DNA from: an uncultured Clostridia bacterium
GTDB taxonomy: Bacteria; Bacillota; Clostridia; Oscillospirales; JAAYOS01
NCBI GenBank assembly: GCA_947631015.1
Contig: CANRJS010000006.1
Location: 10,347 to 74,346, forward strand
Reading direction: 5' to 3'
Length of the DNA: 64,000 nt
The notes under the pieces were generated by a model. The model had not been told where the DNA came from, ran no database searches, and worked only from the letters and a program-made list of their open reading frames with translations. Position 1 is the first letter of the stretch; the number at the start of each line of letters is the position of its first letter. Shown piece by piece: positions 37,522 through 46,916 of this stretch. The translations under genes and the position numbers were made by a program.

Positions 37522-40335
37522 TTACTCCTTGTCTTTCTTCTCGCGCTGTTCGCGCATGTGCTTCATCATTTCCTCCATCGAGGCCACCATCTCGAACTCG
37601 ACCGACTTTATCTCGAGGCCGGTCTGGGCGGCGAAGAAGCGGAGGTAGAAGGTGTTCATGCCGAACACGTTGAAGTCGACCGTCTTCCACTCGCGCTCGC
37701 TGCCGTTCAGGGTGACGGTGCCGAGCAGGTTGCGGTCGCTGAATATCGAGAGCGGGAGCTGTGAGACGTCGTTTTGGTCGGTGCTGCGGAGCGTGACGCT
37801 CATCTTGTACATTCCGCGATCCTTGAGCGTGACCGAGAAGCGGGTGTTGTCGCCCTTCTCGAGACCGATCTTCGAGACGTCGAGGCTGAGGTGTCCGTTC
37901 TCGCCCTCGGCGTAGAATATCTCGCCGCTCATGTCGCCGTCGAAGGACGGGGCGCTCGCAAGCTCGCGGTCAAGCTCGCTCTCGATGCCGCGCATACGCG
38001 GCAGGCACGGGCTCTTCATAAGGAAGCGGCAGATGTTCGCCGCCGCGCGCAGATACTCGGCGCGGGTGACGGTGCCCTTTTCCATCGCCTCTGCGGAGTT
38101 GTCATGAGTGGTGTTCTCCTCGGCGGAGGTCGTAACCATGAACAGGTCGTTCTGGCCGCGCACCATCGCCGCCATGTTGGTGTTCACGCCGGGTTCGCCC
38201 TCATCGTTGCCGCGCGCCCACCAGTCGGTCATGACCTGACCCTCGTAGCCCCACTCGCCGCGCAGTATCGTGGTGAGGAGGTCGTAGTTTGAGGCGCTCC
38301 ACCAGCTGTTTATCGGGTTGTAGCTCGTCATGATGGAGTAGGCGTGGCCTTCCTTGACGGCTATCTCGAAGCATTTGAGATAGAGCTCACGCAGGGCGCG
38401 CTCGCTTATGACCGCCTCGACGTCGTGACGGTGGAACTCCTGGCTGTTGCAGGCGAAGTGCTTTATCGTACCGGTGACGCCGTACTTGTTCATCGCGGTG
38501 AGCTGCGCCGCCGCCATCTTGCCGGTGAGGAGCGGGTCCTCCGAGAAGTACTCGAAGTTGCGGCCGTTCAGCGGGTGGCGGTGGAGGTTTATGCCCGGCC
38601 CGAGCAGGGTGTCCACCTTGTTGCGGCGGAGCTCAAGCCCCTCGTACTCGTAGAGGTCGTGGACGAGCTCGGTGTTGAAGCTGCACGCCTGGCAGGTGCC
38701 GTTCGGCATGGCGAACGCCATCGTGCCGCAGTCCATGCGGATGCCGCTCGGGCCGTCCGCACAGCAGCCGGCGGGTATGCCGAAGTCCTGAAGGCGCTTC
38801 GTGACGCCGCCGAAAGCTCCGGCGGTGCCGGGAGTGACCTTCGGGCTGCACATTCCCTCGCCGCGCACGATGCAGAACAGATCCTCGTTTGTGAGCTGGT
38901 CAAGGAAGTCCTCGAGCGTCGCTTTTCCGTCTGCGACGTCGCCGAGCTTTATGCCCTTGTCGCCGGTATACGGACGGTCGGCGGGGAGCCGCTCCGCGCG
39001 CTTTCCCGTGGGGCTGAGCGTCCCGAGCGGCGCGGGCTCATAAGACTTCTCGAACGTCCCGCCGTTACTCTTGCCGGGGCGCAGGCGCTCGAACGCCGTC
39101 ACCGGCGCGCACGCCTCCTCGGCCTGCTCCACGACGGTCTCGGGCAGTTCGACGCTTCCGGCGTACTCCGCGCTCTTCACGTCGCTTCCGACGTGGAAGC
39201 GGTACTCGCCCCCCTCGAGTATCCAGCAGGACTTGTGACCGGTGACGCCGCCGTCGTCATAGCTTGCAAATGTCGCGACGGGGCAGGAGAGCTCCAGCGT
39301 CTCGCTCTCGCCGGGGGCGAGGAGGCGGGTCTTTTTGAACGCGCAGAGCGAGCGGACGGGCTTGCCGAGCTTTCCCTGCGGCGCCTCGACGTAGACCTCG
39401 ACGACCTCCTTGGCGGCGGTCTTGCCGGTGTTCGTGACGGCGGCGGAGAACTTCACGGTGTCCCCGTCGAGCGTGACCGCGCCGGGCACGGTCTTGAACG
39501 TGGTGTATGTAAGTCCGAAGCCGAACGGATATATGACCTTTTCGGGTGCGAAGGTCTCAAAGTAGCGGTAGCCGACGTATATGTCCTCCTGATAGACGTT
39601 GCGCTTCTCGCTGCCGTGGTTTTTCGCGGCGGGATAGTCGTCTATACTCATGGCGACGGTGTCCGAGAGCTTGCCCGTCGGCGACACCTTGCCGGTGAGG
39701 ACGTCGGCTGCGCCGAGGCCGCCCTCCTGACCGCCCTGCCAGACGTATATGACGGCGCCCGGGCGGTACTCCTCCACCCAGCTCATGTCGATGATGTTGC
39801 CGGTGTTCAGCACGACCGCGACGCGGTCGAAGGTGCAACAGACGAGCTCGAGCACACGCTTCTCTTCCTCCGCGAGGAGGAAGCTTCCCTCGGCGGCGGA
39901 GTTGTCCTTGTCCTCGCCGGCGGTGCGTCCGATTATGACGACTGCGGCGTCATTGCGTCCCTTTGCCGCCTCGACGAGCTCGCCCGTCAGCGGCATCTCC
40001 GCCTGATACCACGGCTCCGCCGCCCAGCCCTGTCCGACGTCGAAGGGGTGGTCCTTCAGCCACTCCTCGTAGACCGCCTTGAGCTCGCCGTCCACCGTCA
40101 CGACGCCGGAGGCTTCGAGCGCCTCGGTGATGGTCGGGACATGCGCGGTGTTGACAAGTCCTCCCGAGCCGGTGCCGCTCTTGTAGTAGTTGAACTGGCT
40201 GCGGCCGAAGACCGCGACGCGGCAGCCCTTCCCGAACGGAAGCACTCCCTCGTTGCGGAGCAGCACCGAGCCCTCCGCGACCGTCTCGCGGGCCTTCGCG
40301 GCGTATGCCTTTACGTCAAATTTCTTGAGTTCCAT
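37522..40335 (-). CDS. glycoside hydrolase family 3 enzyme, permuted domain order, with extra C-terminal beta-sandwich-like region
   Basis: Same order as the neighbouring gene: SVLLRNEGVLPF..., YPFGFGLTY, GPSGIRM, KHFACNSQE, GQVMTDWWARG, then ~190 further residues. Confidence 0.9.
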   Translation of the reverse strand: MELKKFDVKAYAAKARETVAEGSVLLRNEGVLPFGKGCRVAVFGRSQFNYYKSGTGSGGLVNTAHVPTITEALEASGVVTVDGELKAVYEEWLKDHPFDVGQGWAAEPWYQAEMPLTGELVEAAKGRNDAAVVIIGRTAGEDKDNSAAEGSFLLAEEEKRVLELVCCTFDRVAVVLNTGNIIDMSWVEEYRPGAVIYVWQGGQEGGLGAADVLTGKVSPTGKLSDTVAMSIDDYPAAKNHGSEKRNVYQEDIYVGYRYFETFAPEKVIYPFGFGLTYTTFKTVPGAVTLDGDTVKFSAAVTNTGKTAAKEVVEVYVEAPQGKLGKPVRSLCAFKKTRLLAPGESETLELSCPVATFASYDDGGVTGHKSCWILEGGEYRFHVGSDVKSAEYAGSVELPETVVEQAEEACAPVTAFERLRPGKSNGGTFEKSYEPAPLGTLSPTGKRAERLPADRPYTGDKGIKLGDVADGKATLEDFLDQLTNEDLFCIVRGEGMCSPKVTPGTAGAFGGVTKRLQDFGIPAGCCADGPSGIRMDCGTMAFAMPNGTCQACSFNTELVHDLYEYEGLELRRNKVDTLLGPGINLHRHPLNGRNFEYFSEDPLLTGKMAAAQLTAMNKYGVTGTIKHFACNSQEFHRHDVEAVISERALRELYLKCFEIAVKEGHAYSIMTSYNPINSWWSASNYDLLTTILRGEWGYEGQVMTDWWARGNDEGEPGVNTNMAAMVRGQNDLFMVTTSAEENTTHDNSAEAMEKGTVTRAEYLRAAANICRFLMKSPCLPRMRGIESELDRELASAPSFDGDMSGEIFYAEGENGHLSLDVSKIGLEKGDNTRFSVTLKDRGMYKMSVTLRSTDQNDVSQLPLSIFSDRNLLGTVTLNGSEREWKTVDFNVFGMNTFYLRFFAAQTGLEIKSVEFEMVASMEEMMKHMREQREKKDKE

Positions 40336-40405
40336 GGCAGTTTGTTCTCCTTCCCTGTAAATGAAAATATGTATTTGCGGCGCTTGCCGGATATTCCTTA
40401 TATGC

Positions 40406-42061
40406 TTACACTATCTGCTGTGCGGCGGAGCCCGAATGCTCCGGCTCCTCGGTGAGCGAGAAGGCGATGTTTATCGCGTGGTCGGCCACACGCTCGAGGC
40501 CGCTTATGAGGTCGGAGAACATCATGCCCGCGGCGGCGGTACATTCCCCGCGCGTGAGGCGGTCGATGTGCGACTGCTGAAGCTCCCGCTCCATCGCGTC
40601 GACCGTATCCTCGAGGTCGAGTATCTCCTGCATGTGCGCAGAGTTGTCGTTGACGAACATGTCGAGAGCGTAGGTGACGGTCTTTATCACGGCCTCGCGC
40701 ATGTCCGAGAGCTCCCAGCGTGCCTGCGCGCTGAACTCCACGTTCCGCTCGATACGCGTCTTTGCATCGTCGGCGACGTTTTCCGCGTGGTCGCCTATCC
40801 TCTCGAGGTCGTTGACGACGTGGAAGAATGCGGCTATGCTCTTCTTGTCCTCCTGTGGGAGGGCGGTCTGGTTTATCTCGACGAGGTAGCTCGTTATCGA
40901 GTGGCTGAGGAAGTCTATCTGCTTCTCGACGCGGTAAACCTCCTCTATCTCCATCTCGTCAAGCGAGAGCAGCGCTTCCATGGCGCGCTGGAGATTGCCG
41001 ATGGCGAGGTTTCCCATCCGCTCCATCTCGCGCTTGACGGCGAGCACCGCCGTCGCCGGGGAGAAGACCGCGCCCTTGCCGATGTAGCGGAGCTCGAACT
41101 CCTGCTTTTCCTCGACCTGCGGCTCCTTGCGGACGAGCAGGTCGGTAAGTCCGACTATCTGCTTTGTGAACGGCGCGAGCACGAGCACCGAGACGACCTT
41201 TATAAGCACGTTCGCCGCCGCGACCGCGCGGCTCATCTGGTGGCCGGATATAGTCTCGAGGAACCCGGTTATCGGCGTGAGCGCGAGGCTTATTACGACG
41301 AACATGAACACCGCGCCGAGCACGTTGAATATAAGGTATATCAGCGAGGCGCGCTTCGCGTCCCGCTTGCCGTTGAGACCGGCGAGGAGCGGCGGAACGC
41401 TCGCGCCGATGTTGCAGCCGAGTATCATAAAGAGGCAGATCGGTATGTCGAGCAGTCCCTGAAGCGCAAGGAGCTGGATTATGCCTATCGATGCGGACGA
41501 GCTCTGGAGCACCGCCGTCACAACGATGCCGAGCAGCAGCGCGAGGAACGGATTTTCCATCGAGCTCATTATTTCCGCGACCTTGGGCGACTCTTTCAGC
41601 ACCGACATCGAGCCGGACATCATGCTCATGCCCATAAAGAGGAACCCGAAGCCGAGGATTATCTTGCCCGCACGGCTCACCCGCGTGTCCTTCACAAAGA
41701 GCGCCATTATGACGCCCGCCATTACGATGACCGGCGCGTAGTCGCTGAGATTGAGGGATATCAGGAGCGACGTCGCCGTAGTGCCGATGTTCGCGCCCAT
41801 TATCACGCCCGTGGCCTGGAACAGGTTCATCAGGCCGGAGTTGACAAAGCTCACCACCATGACCGTGGTGGCGCTGGAGGACTGGATTATCGCCGTAAAA
41901 AGCGTGCCGATAAGTATGCCACGTATCGGCGTCTTGGTGAAGAACTCGAGGATGCTTCGCATCTTCGCGCCCGCGGCCTCCTCGAGAGCGCCGCCCATGA
42001 GGTCCATTCCGAACAGGAAGAGACCGAGGCCGCCCATCAATCCGAGAATAATCGAAACCAT
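40406..42061 (-). CDS. Na/Pi cotransporter family protein with PhoU-like C-terminal domain
   Basis: GLGLFLFGMDLMGGALE, QSSSATT and QSSSASIGI repeats. The C-terminal helical repeats carry the E..(D)H motif (RIGDHAENV, RVADHAINI). GAGAGGAA RBS before ATG 42061. Confidence 0.85.
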   Translation of the reverse strand: MVSIILGLMGGLGLFLFGMDLMGGALEEAAGAKMRSILEFFTKTPIRGILIGTLFTAIIQSSSATTVMVVSFVNSGLMNLFQATGVIMGANIGTTATSLLISLNLSDYAPVIVMAGVIMALFVKDTRVSRAGKIILGFGFLFMGMSMMSGSMSVLKESPKVAEIMSSMENPFLALLLGIVVTAVLQSSSASIGIIQLLALQGLLDIPICLFMILGCNIGASVPPLLAGLNGKRDAKRASLIYLIFNVLGAVFMFVVISLALTPITGFLETISGHQMSRAVAAANVLIKVVSVLVLAPFTKQIVGLTDLLVRKEPQVEEKQEFELRYIGKGAVFSPATAVLAVKREMERMGNLAIGNLQRAMEALLSLDEMEIEEVYRVEKQIDFLSHSITSYLVEINQTALPQEDKKSIAAFFHVVNDLERIGDHAENVADDAKTRIERNVEFSAQARWELSDMREAVIKTVTYALDMFVNDNSAHMQEILDLEDTVDAMERELQQSHIDRLTRGECTAAAGMMFSDLISGLERVADHAINIAFSLTEEPEHSGSAAQQIV

Positions 42062-42563
42062 ATAAAATTCCTCTCGCCGTCCATATCTTTCCCGAGCCTT
42101 ATATCTCATTTTGGATTATATCACAAAGGAAGCGCGGTGGCAAGTGGGGCTTTGCCTTTTGCGGCAGGTTGCGGCGGGGACGCTCCGCACGCCCTCCGTG
42201 TACTTTTTTCGTGCGGAAGGCTCATATTCGGCTTGCAAACGCCGGGAAGATGTGGTATCATTACAGAGTGTGCGGCAAAGCCGCGATAAAATCGAAATAT
42301 CGGTGGTGAGAAAATGGACGGCAGTAGTCACAGTCGAAGAACAGACGGGGCATATCCGTTATGTCCTCCGTGCCGCGCCGCCCATCCGAGCCGCGCGTAG
42401 AACGGGGATACCCGGGATATGCCGCCGCCTGCGAAGCTGTGCCTTGCCCGTAGAGGGAGTACATTCGGCAGAACGGCGGTATTTTTGTGCCCTTTTGCCG
42501 ATACGTCCCGAGGGCGAAGAAAACGGACGCGGCGCGTCCGCATAGCGAAGGAGGTATCCGGCA

Positions 42564-43976
42564 ATGGACAAAAGAGAAGTCGAGGCCGAGGACAGGTCGA
42601 TACAGCACCCCGACTACCGGCAGGAGATAGCGGAGATAATCCGCAGCGGTCTCGCGCCGAAGCCGATGCGCGACCGGCTCCTCGACTACCACGAAAACGA
42701 CATCGCGATGGCGCTCGAGCTCCTCACAAAAGAGGAGCGTCGCAGGCTCTACGGTATGCTCGACCATGAGACGCTTGCAAACATTCTCGAGTATTCGGAC
42801 GATCTGAACCTCTATCTTGACGAGCTGAGCCTGCGGCGGCGGGTCGAAATGCTCTCGCGGCTCGAGGTCCCGGTCGCGGTGAGCTATCTCAGCGGGCTCG
42901 AGCGGAGCGAGCGAAACACTCTCATCGACCTGCTCGACGACGAAACGAAGCAGGAGGTCACTCTTGCCCTCTCCTTTGACGAGGACGAGATAGGCAGCCG
43001 CATGACCACGAACTACATCTCGATACACTCGGGAATAAGCGTCCGCCAGGCCATGCGCGAGCTGATAAGCCAGGCGGCAGAAAACGACAATATATCCACC
43101 ATATACGTCGTGGACGACGCGGACATTCTCTCCGGCGTGATAGACCTCAAGGACCTGATAATCGCGCGGGAGGGCGCGGAGCTCGACACGATAATAATGA
43201 CGAGCTACCCCTACGTCTACGCGGACGAACAGATAGAGGACTGCATCGAGCGTATAAAGGGCTACTCCGAGGACTCGATACCCGTCCTCGACTCGGCGGG
43301 AAAGCTGCGGGGCGTCCTCACGGCGCAGACGGTCACCGAGCTCGTCGACGACCTCCTCGGCGACGACTATGCAAAGCTCGCCGGCCTTACCGCAGAAGAA
43401 GATTTGCAGGAGCCGCTGAAAAAGAGCATAAGAAAGCGCCTGCCGTGGCTGCTCATACTGCTCGGGCTGGGGCTCGTCGTCTCGAGCGTCGTCGGTGTGT
43501 TCGAGGGAGTCGTGGCGCACCTGTCGCTCATCGTGGCGTTCCAGTCGCTCGTGCTCGACATGGCGGGCAACGTCGGCACGCAGTCGCTCGCCGTCACGAT
43601 ACGCGTGCTCATGGACGAGCAGATAAGCGGCCGCCAGAAGCTCTACCTCGTCGGCAAGGAGGCGCGGATAGGTCTGCTGAACGGGCTGTTTCTCGGCACG
43701 CTCTCCTTCGGGCTTATCGGCGTATATCTGATGCTCTTCAAGGAGCAGCCGCCGCTCGCCGCGTTCTCGATGTCCTTCTGCACCGGCGCGGCGCTTCTCG
43801 CGGCGATGCTGCTCTCGAGCGTCACCGGCACTGTCATACCTCTGCTCTTCAAGGCGCTGAAAGTCGACCCGGCGGTCGCCTCCGGCCCGCTCATCACGAC
43901 GATAAACGACCTCGTCGCGGTCGTCACCTACTACGGCCTCGCGTGGGCGCTGCTGATAAACGTGCTGCATCTCTAA
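42564..43976 (+). CDS. mgtE: magnesium transporter MgtE
   Basis: N-domain, tandem CBS (ISTIYVVDDADILSGVIDLKDLI; SIPVLDSAGKLRGVLT) and a TM domain with GNVGTQS and PLITTINDLV. GAAGGAGG RBS. Confidence 0.9.
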   Translation: MDKREVEAEDRSIQHPDYRQEIAEIIRSGLAPKPMRDRLLDYHENDIAMALELLTKEERRRLYGMLDHETLANILEYSDDLNLYLDELSLRRRVEMLSRLEVPVAVSYLSGLERSERNTLIDLLDDETKQEVTLALSFDEDEIGSRMTTNYISIHSGISVRQAMRELISQAAENDNISTIYVVDDADILSGVIDLKDLIIAREGAELDTIIMTSYPYVYADEQIEDCIERIKGYSEDSIPVLDSAGKLRGVLTAQTVTELVDDLLGDDYAKLAGLTAEEDLQEPLKKSIRKRLPWLLILLGLGLVVSSVVGVFEGVVAHLSLIVAFQSLVLDMAGNVGTQSLAVTIRVLMDEQISGRQKLYLVGKEARIGLLNGLFLGTLSFGLIGVYLMLFKEQPPLAAFSMSFCTGAALLAAMLLSSVTGTVIPLLFKALKVDPAVASGPLITTINDLVAVVTYYGLAWALLINVLHL

Positions 43977-44359
43977 TTTAATGTATAATAAAAGTGGCGG
44001 ACAGGTCCTCTGCGGAACCTGTCCGCCGCTTGCGCGCGGAGCGGACGCGCCCCGCGTATTTTCAAAAATCGGCAGGCCTCCTGGGCTGCCGATTTTTTCG
44101 CGCCTGTTCGCGCGGCAAATGCGCGCAGACTGTTCTCGGTCAGTGTTTTGCCCGCGACGCGCCGATGTCGCTCTCAGTCGGAACGCGGTGACACATTTTT
44201 TCGACGCGGTGGAACAGAGCGGCCCTGCCGAAAACACTGTAACCGACCGCACATAATTCGTGTGCCTTTTGTGCCGCGAAACCGCTGCAAGTTTCTTTTC
44301 GATGCCGCCGAAACTGCTTTCGCGGTCGTGAAACCTGCAACCGTTGCGAGAGTAGGCAA

Positions 44360-44392
44360 AAAGCCCGAAGTCGTTGAGACTTCGGGCTTTCC
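44360..44392 (-). terminator. terminator after tRNA-Leu(CAG)
   Basis: Minus strand: aaagcccgaagtctcaacgacttcgggcttttt. Confidence 0.8.
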
Positions 44393-44396
44393 TTCT

Positions 44397-44483
44397 TGGT
44401 GCGCGAGGCGGGACTTGAACCCGCACGTCCGAATGAACACTAGAACCTGAATCTAGCGAGTCTACCAATTCCACCACTCGCGC
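44397..44483 (-). tRNA. tRNA-Leu (anticodon CAG)
   Basis: Reverse complement: gcgcgagtggtggaattggtagactcgctagattCAGgttctagtgttcattcggacgtgcgggttcaagtcccgcctcgcgcacca. Cloverleaf with long variable arm and encoded CCA. Confidence 0.95.
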
Positions 44484-44519
44484 TTATTGTGTTCGAGCCG
44501 CCGAATCGGCGGCTCGATG

Positions 44520-44603
44520 TGGTGCGGATGACGGGACTTGAACCCGTACGCCATAGACACACGCCCCTCAAACGTGCCTGTCTACCAGTTCCAGCACATC
44601 CGC
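44520..44603 (-). tRNA. tRNA-Leu (anticodon GAG)
   Basis: Reverse complement: gcggatgtgctggaactggtagacaggcacgtttGAGgggcgtgtgtctatggcgtacgggttcaagtcccgtcatccgcacca. Long variable arm and encoded CCA. Confidence 0.95.
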
Positions 44604-44660
44604 ATATTCTCCTCATATCCTGAGGCGCATTAGTTATTATAATTGCAATTCGGCGGATTG

Positions 44661-45110
44661 TCAACCTCTTTTTCGCAAATCGGCAAAAAAACTTTTCAAC
44701 AGCTCGGCGCACTCCTCCTCGAGGACGCCGCCGCGCACCTCGGGGTGGTGGTTCCATCTCTCGCGCATGAGGTCGCAGACGCTCCCGCACGCGCCCGCCT
44801 TCGGGTCATACGCCCCGAATACCACGCGCCGTATGCGCGCGTTGATGCACGCCCCTGCGCACATCGGGCAGGGCTCGAGCGTAACGAACAGCTCGCACTC
44901 CCACAGCCGCCAGCCGCCGAGGGTGCGGCACGCGTCCGCTATCGCCTCAAGCTCGGCGTGCGCAAGCGCGCTCCGACCAGTCTCGCGGCGGTTGCGCCCC
45001 CTGCCGACGACCTCACCGCGCCGCACCACCACCGCGCCGACCGGCACCTCGCCGTCCGCCGCAGCCTTCTTCGCAAGCGCGAGCGCCTCGCGCATATAGA
45101 CTTCGTCCAT
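44661..45110 (-). CDS. tadA: tRNA adenosine(34) deaminase TadA
   Basis: MREALALAKKAAADGEVPVGAVVV..., HAELEAI, PCPMCAGA. GGAGGTG RBS before MDEVYM. Confidence 0.9.
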   Translation of the reverse strand: MDEVYMREALALAKKAAADGEVPVGAVVVRRGEVVGRGRNRRETGRSALAHAELEAIADACRTLGGWRLWECELFVTLEPCPMCAGACINARIRRVVFGAYDPKAGACGSVCDLMRERWNHHPEVRGGVLEEECAELLKSFFADLRKRG

Positions 45111-45304
45111 CGTTTCACCTCCGCCGCCTTGCCGTGTTCCCTGCGTCAATTATAGCACGGATCCGGCGCGGACGCTATATCCAACACAAAAACCGCTCCC
45201 TCACGCAGAAAAAATTTTTCTCCGAATTTCCCGAAATCTCTTGACAAAAAGGCGTTTATGCCGTATACTTTATGAACGTCGGGTTTGACCGTTCCCGATA
45301 ATTT

Positions 45305-45380
<76 letters not shown>

Positions 45381-45383
45381 CAT

Positions 45384-45460
45384 GGCCCGGTAGAACAGTT
45401 GGTTAGTTCGCCAGCCTGTCACGCTGGAGGTCGTGGGTTCGAGTCCCATCCGGGTCGCCA
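45384..45460 (+). tRNA. tRNA-Asp (anticodon GTC)
   Basis: ggcccggtagaacagttggttagttcgccagcctGTCacgctggaggtcgtgggttcgagtcccatccgggtcgcca. Confidence 0.95.
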
Positions 45461-45463
45461 TTC

Positions 45464-45539
<76 letters not shown>

Positions 45540-45543
45540 ATGT

Positions 45544-45579
45544 GAAACGCTTGAAACATTCGGTTTCAAGCGTTTTTCT
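45544..45579 (+). terminator. terminator after tRNA-Thr (supplied by the island)
   Basis: gaaacgcttgaaacattcggtttcaagcgttt followed by ttc. Confidence 0.75.
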
Positions 45580-45666
45580 TTGCTTTTTGTAACTTTTGAG
45601 TGGGAAACGGATTTCTGCCGAAAATGCGGTTTTCTCAAAAGGGTTGAGCAAAGGATTGAGCAGAGT

Positions 45667-45699
45667 CAAAAAATGAGCCGCGGGAGGTGTTCCCGCGGC
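45667..45699 (-). terminator. terminator of the island's leftward operon
   Basis: Minus strand: gccgcgggaacacctcccgcggc followed by tcatttttt. Confidence 0.75.
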
Positions 45700-45711
45700 G
45701 TGTGTTTTGTC

Positions 45712-45987
45712 TTATTTCTCTATGCTCGCAAAAATTTTTTTCAGCTCTGCATTTATCTTTTCGACGTCGGCGCTTTCCGGCGCTTTCACAAGCCCGTATC
45801 CCGCGACGTTGTTAAGCAAGAGCGCCGCCCGCCATTTCTCGGAGGCCGTCGTCGCCTCGTCCGTAAGGACGGCTCGCGCGGCGTCTGCAAGCAACTCTCT
45901 GTCGCGGCGCTCCCGCTCCAGACGTTCCCGCCGAAGTTCGGCGTTTTTTCGGCGCGTCGCACGCGCTTTTGCTGTTGCTTCGTTCAC
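45712..45987 (-). CDS. hypothetical protein (island, 91 aa, Arg/Glu-rich N-terminus)
   Basis: GTG start 7 nt after GGGGGAG. Follows the previous gene with a 4-nt gap. No family recognised. Confidence 0.55.
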   Translation of the reverse strand: MNEATAKARATRRKNAELRRERLERERRDRELLADAARAVLTDEATTASEKWRAALLLNNVAGYGLVKAPESADVEKINAELKKIFASIEK

Positions 45988-45991
45988 ATTC

Positions 45992-46618
45992 TCACTCCCC
46001 CACGATTGCCCAACGGCTGGCGATTTCTTCTAACTTGCCGGGGAATTTGGGAATAGAGCCTTTCAGTATTGCACCGTTTACGGCGGCGCTCTGCCCCCAC
46101 GGTCTGGCGGTCACAAAATCGGCAAGTTCATTGTTTGCACCGGAATAAGCGCTCAACGTGTCAAAGTGAGACAGAATTTCACCCATATCACGCTCAAAGG
46201 CATCAATGTCGGGAACGGTTACGCGTCCCCGGCTGTACGGCTGGAGAAGCCGGAGAATGGTGTAATTTCCCAAATCCGCAAAAGCCTGTATTTCCTTGTC
46301 GGTCAGGTCAACGCCGCCGGACAAAAGGGCCTGCAAACTTGCAAGGGTGGCGGGGTCTGCGGGTTTAACTATGTAGGCCCGAAAAGCCTTTTCCATGGCC
46401 TCTACCTCAGCGGCAGCTCTCTGTTTTGCCTCTCGTGCGCCGTCACTCATGGCAAATTGTGCGGCCTCTCTGCGCGCCTCCCAACGGTCGCGCTTCACGG
46501 CATCGGAGAAAATATAGTCTGTTTGTGCCTCTTTGTTTTGGGCGGCTGCAAGGTTATCAATGCGCCGGATATAATCGTTTTGGGCTTTCTGAATGTTGGC
46601 AAAATGTTCCTTGTTCAT
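45992..46618 (-). CDS. hypothetical protein (island, 208 aa)
   Basis: AAAGGA RBS and protein-like composition. No family recognised. Confidence 0.6.
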   Translation of the reverse strand: MNKEHFANIQKAQNDYIRRIDNLAAAQNKEAQTDYIFSDAVKRDRWEARREAAQFAMSDGAREAKQRAAAEVEAMEKAFRAYIVKPADPATLASLQALLSGGVDLTDKEIQAFADLGNYTILRLLQPYSRGRVTVPDIDAFERDMGEILSHFDTLSAYSGANNELADFVTARPWGQSAAVNGAILKGSIPKFPGKLEEIASRWAIVGE

Positions 46619-46732
46619 TGAAATTATCCTTTCTTGATTGAAGTTAAACGTCTACTACAACTAGAACCGGGCTTTCCCCGCGCGCCGCGGGATATTCCCG
46701 CGAAAAGCGGTCAAATTCGAGCCGCGCCGCCT

Positions 46733-46915
46733 CTATGCTGTCAAAGCGGCTTTCTTCGCGCATTTCCTGCGGGTGTTCGCGTTCCCACTATAAGCGGAGC
46801 ATATCAGGTTAAAGCCGCCCGCGGCGTCCGGCACTACCAGACAGACGCCCGCGGCATATCGCCGTTTCAGCCCCGCAACGCGGCGCTCAAGCGCAAGTAT
46901 TCTTTGTTTCGTCAC
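46733..46915 (-). CDS. hypothetical small protein (island, 60 aa)
   Basis: GTG start 5 nt after GGGGAGGA. The N-terminus MTKQRILALERRVAG parallels that of the upstream 72-aa protein. Confidence 0.45.
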   Translation of the reverse strand: MTKQRILALERRVAGLKRRYAAGVCLVVPDAAGGFNLICSAYSGNANTRRKCAKKAALTA

Positions 46916-46916
46916 G

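Noticed and set aside
42260-42563. M-box riboswitch upstream of mgtE.
   Set aside because: The conserved M-box core strings were not found. The only weak resemblance is GGUGGUGAG. Needs a covariance-model search before any call.
44028-44360. Possible sixth copy of the mosaic repeat downstream of mgtE.
   Set aside because: It shares only the cgcgcctgttcgcgcgg module with copies D and E. The rest consists of different hairpins, so it is not counted as a family member without an alignment.
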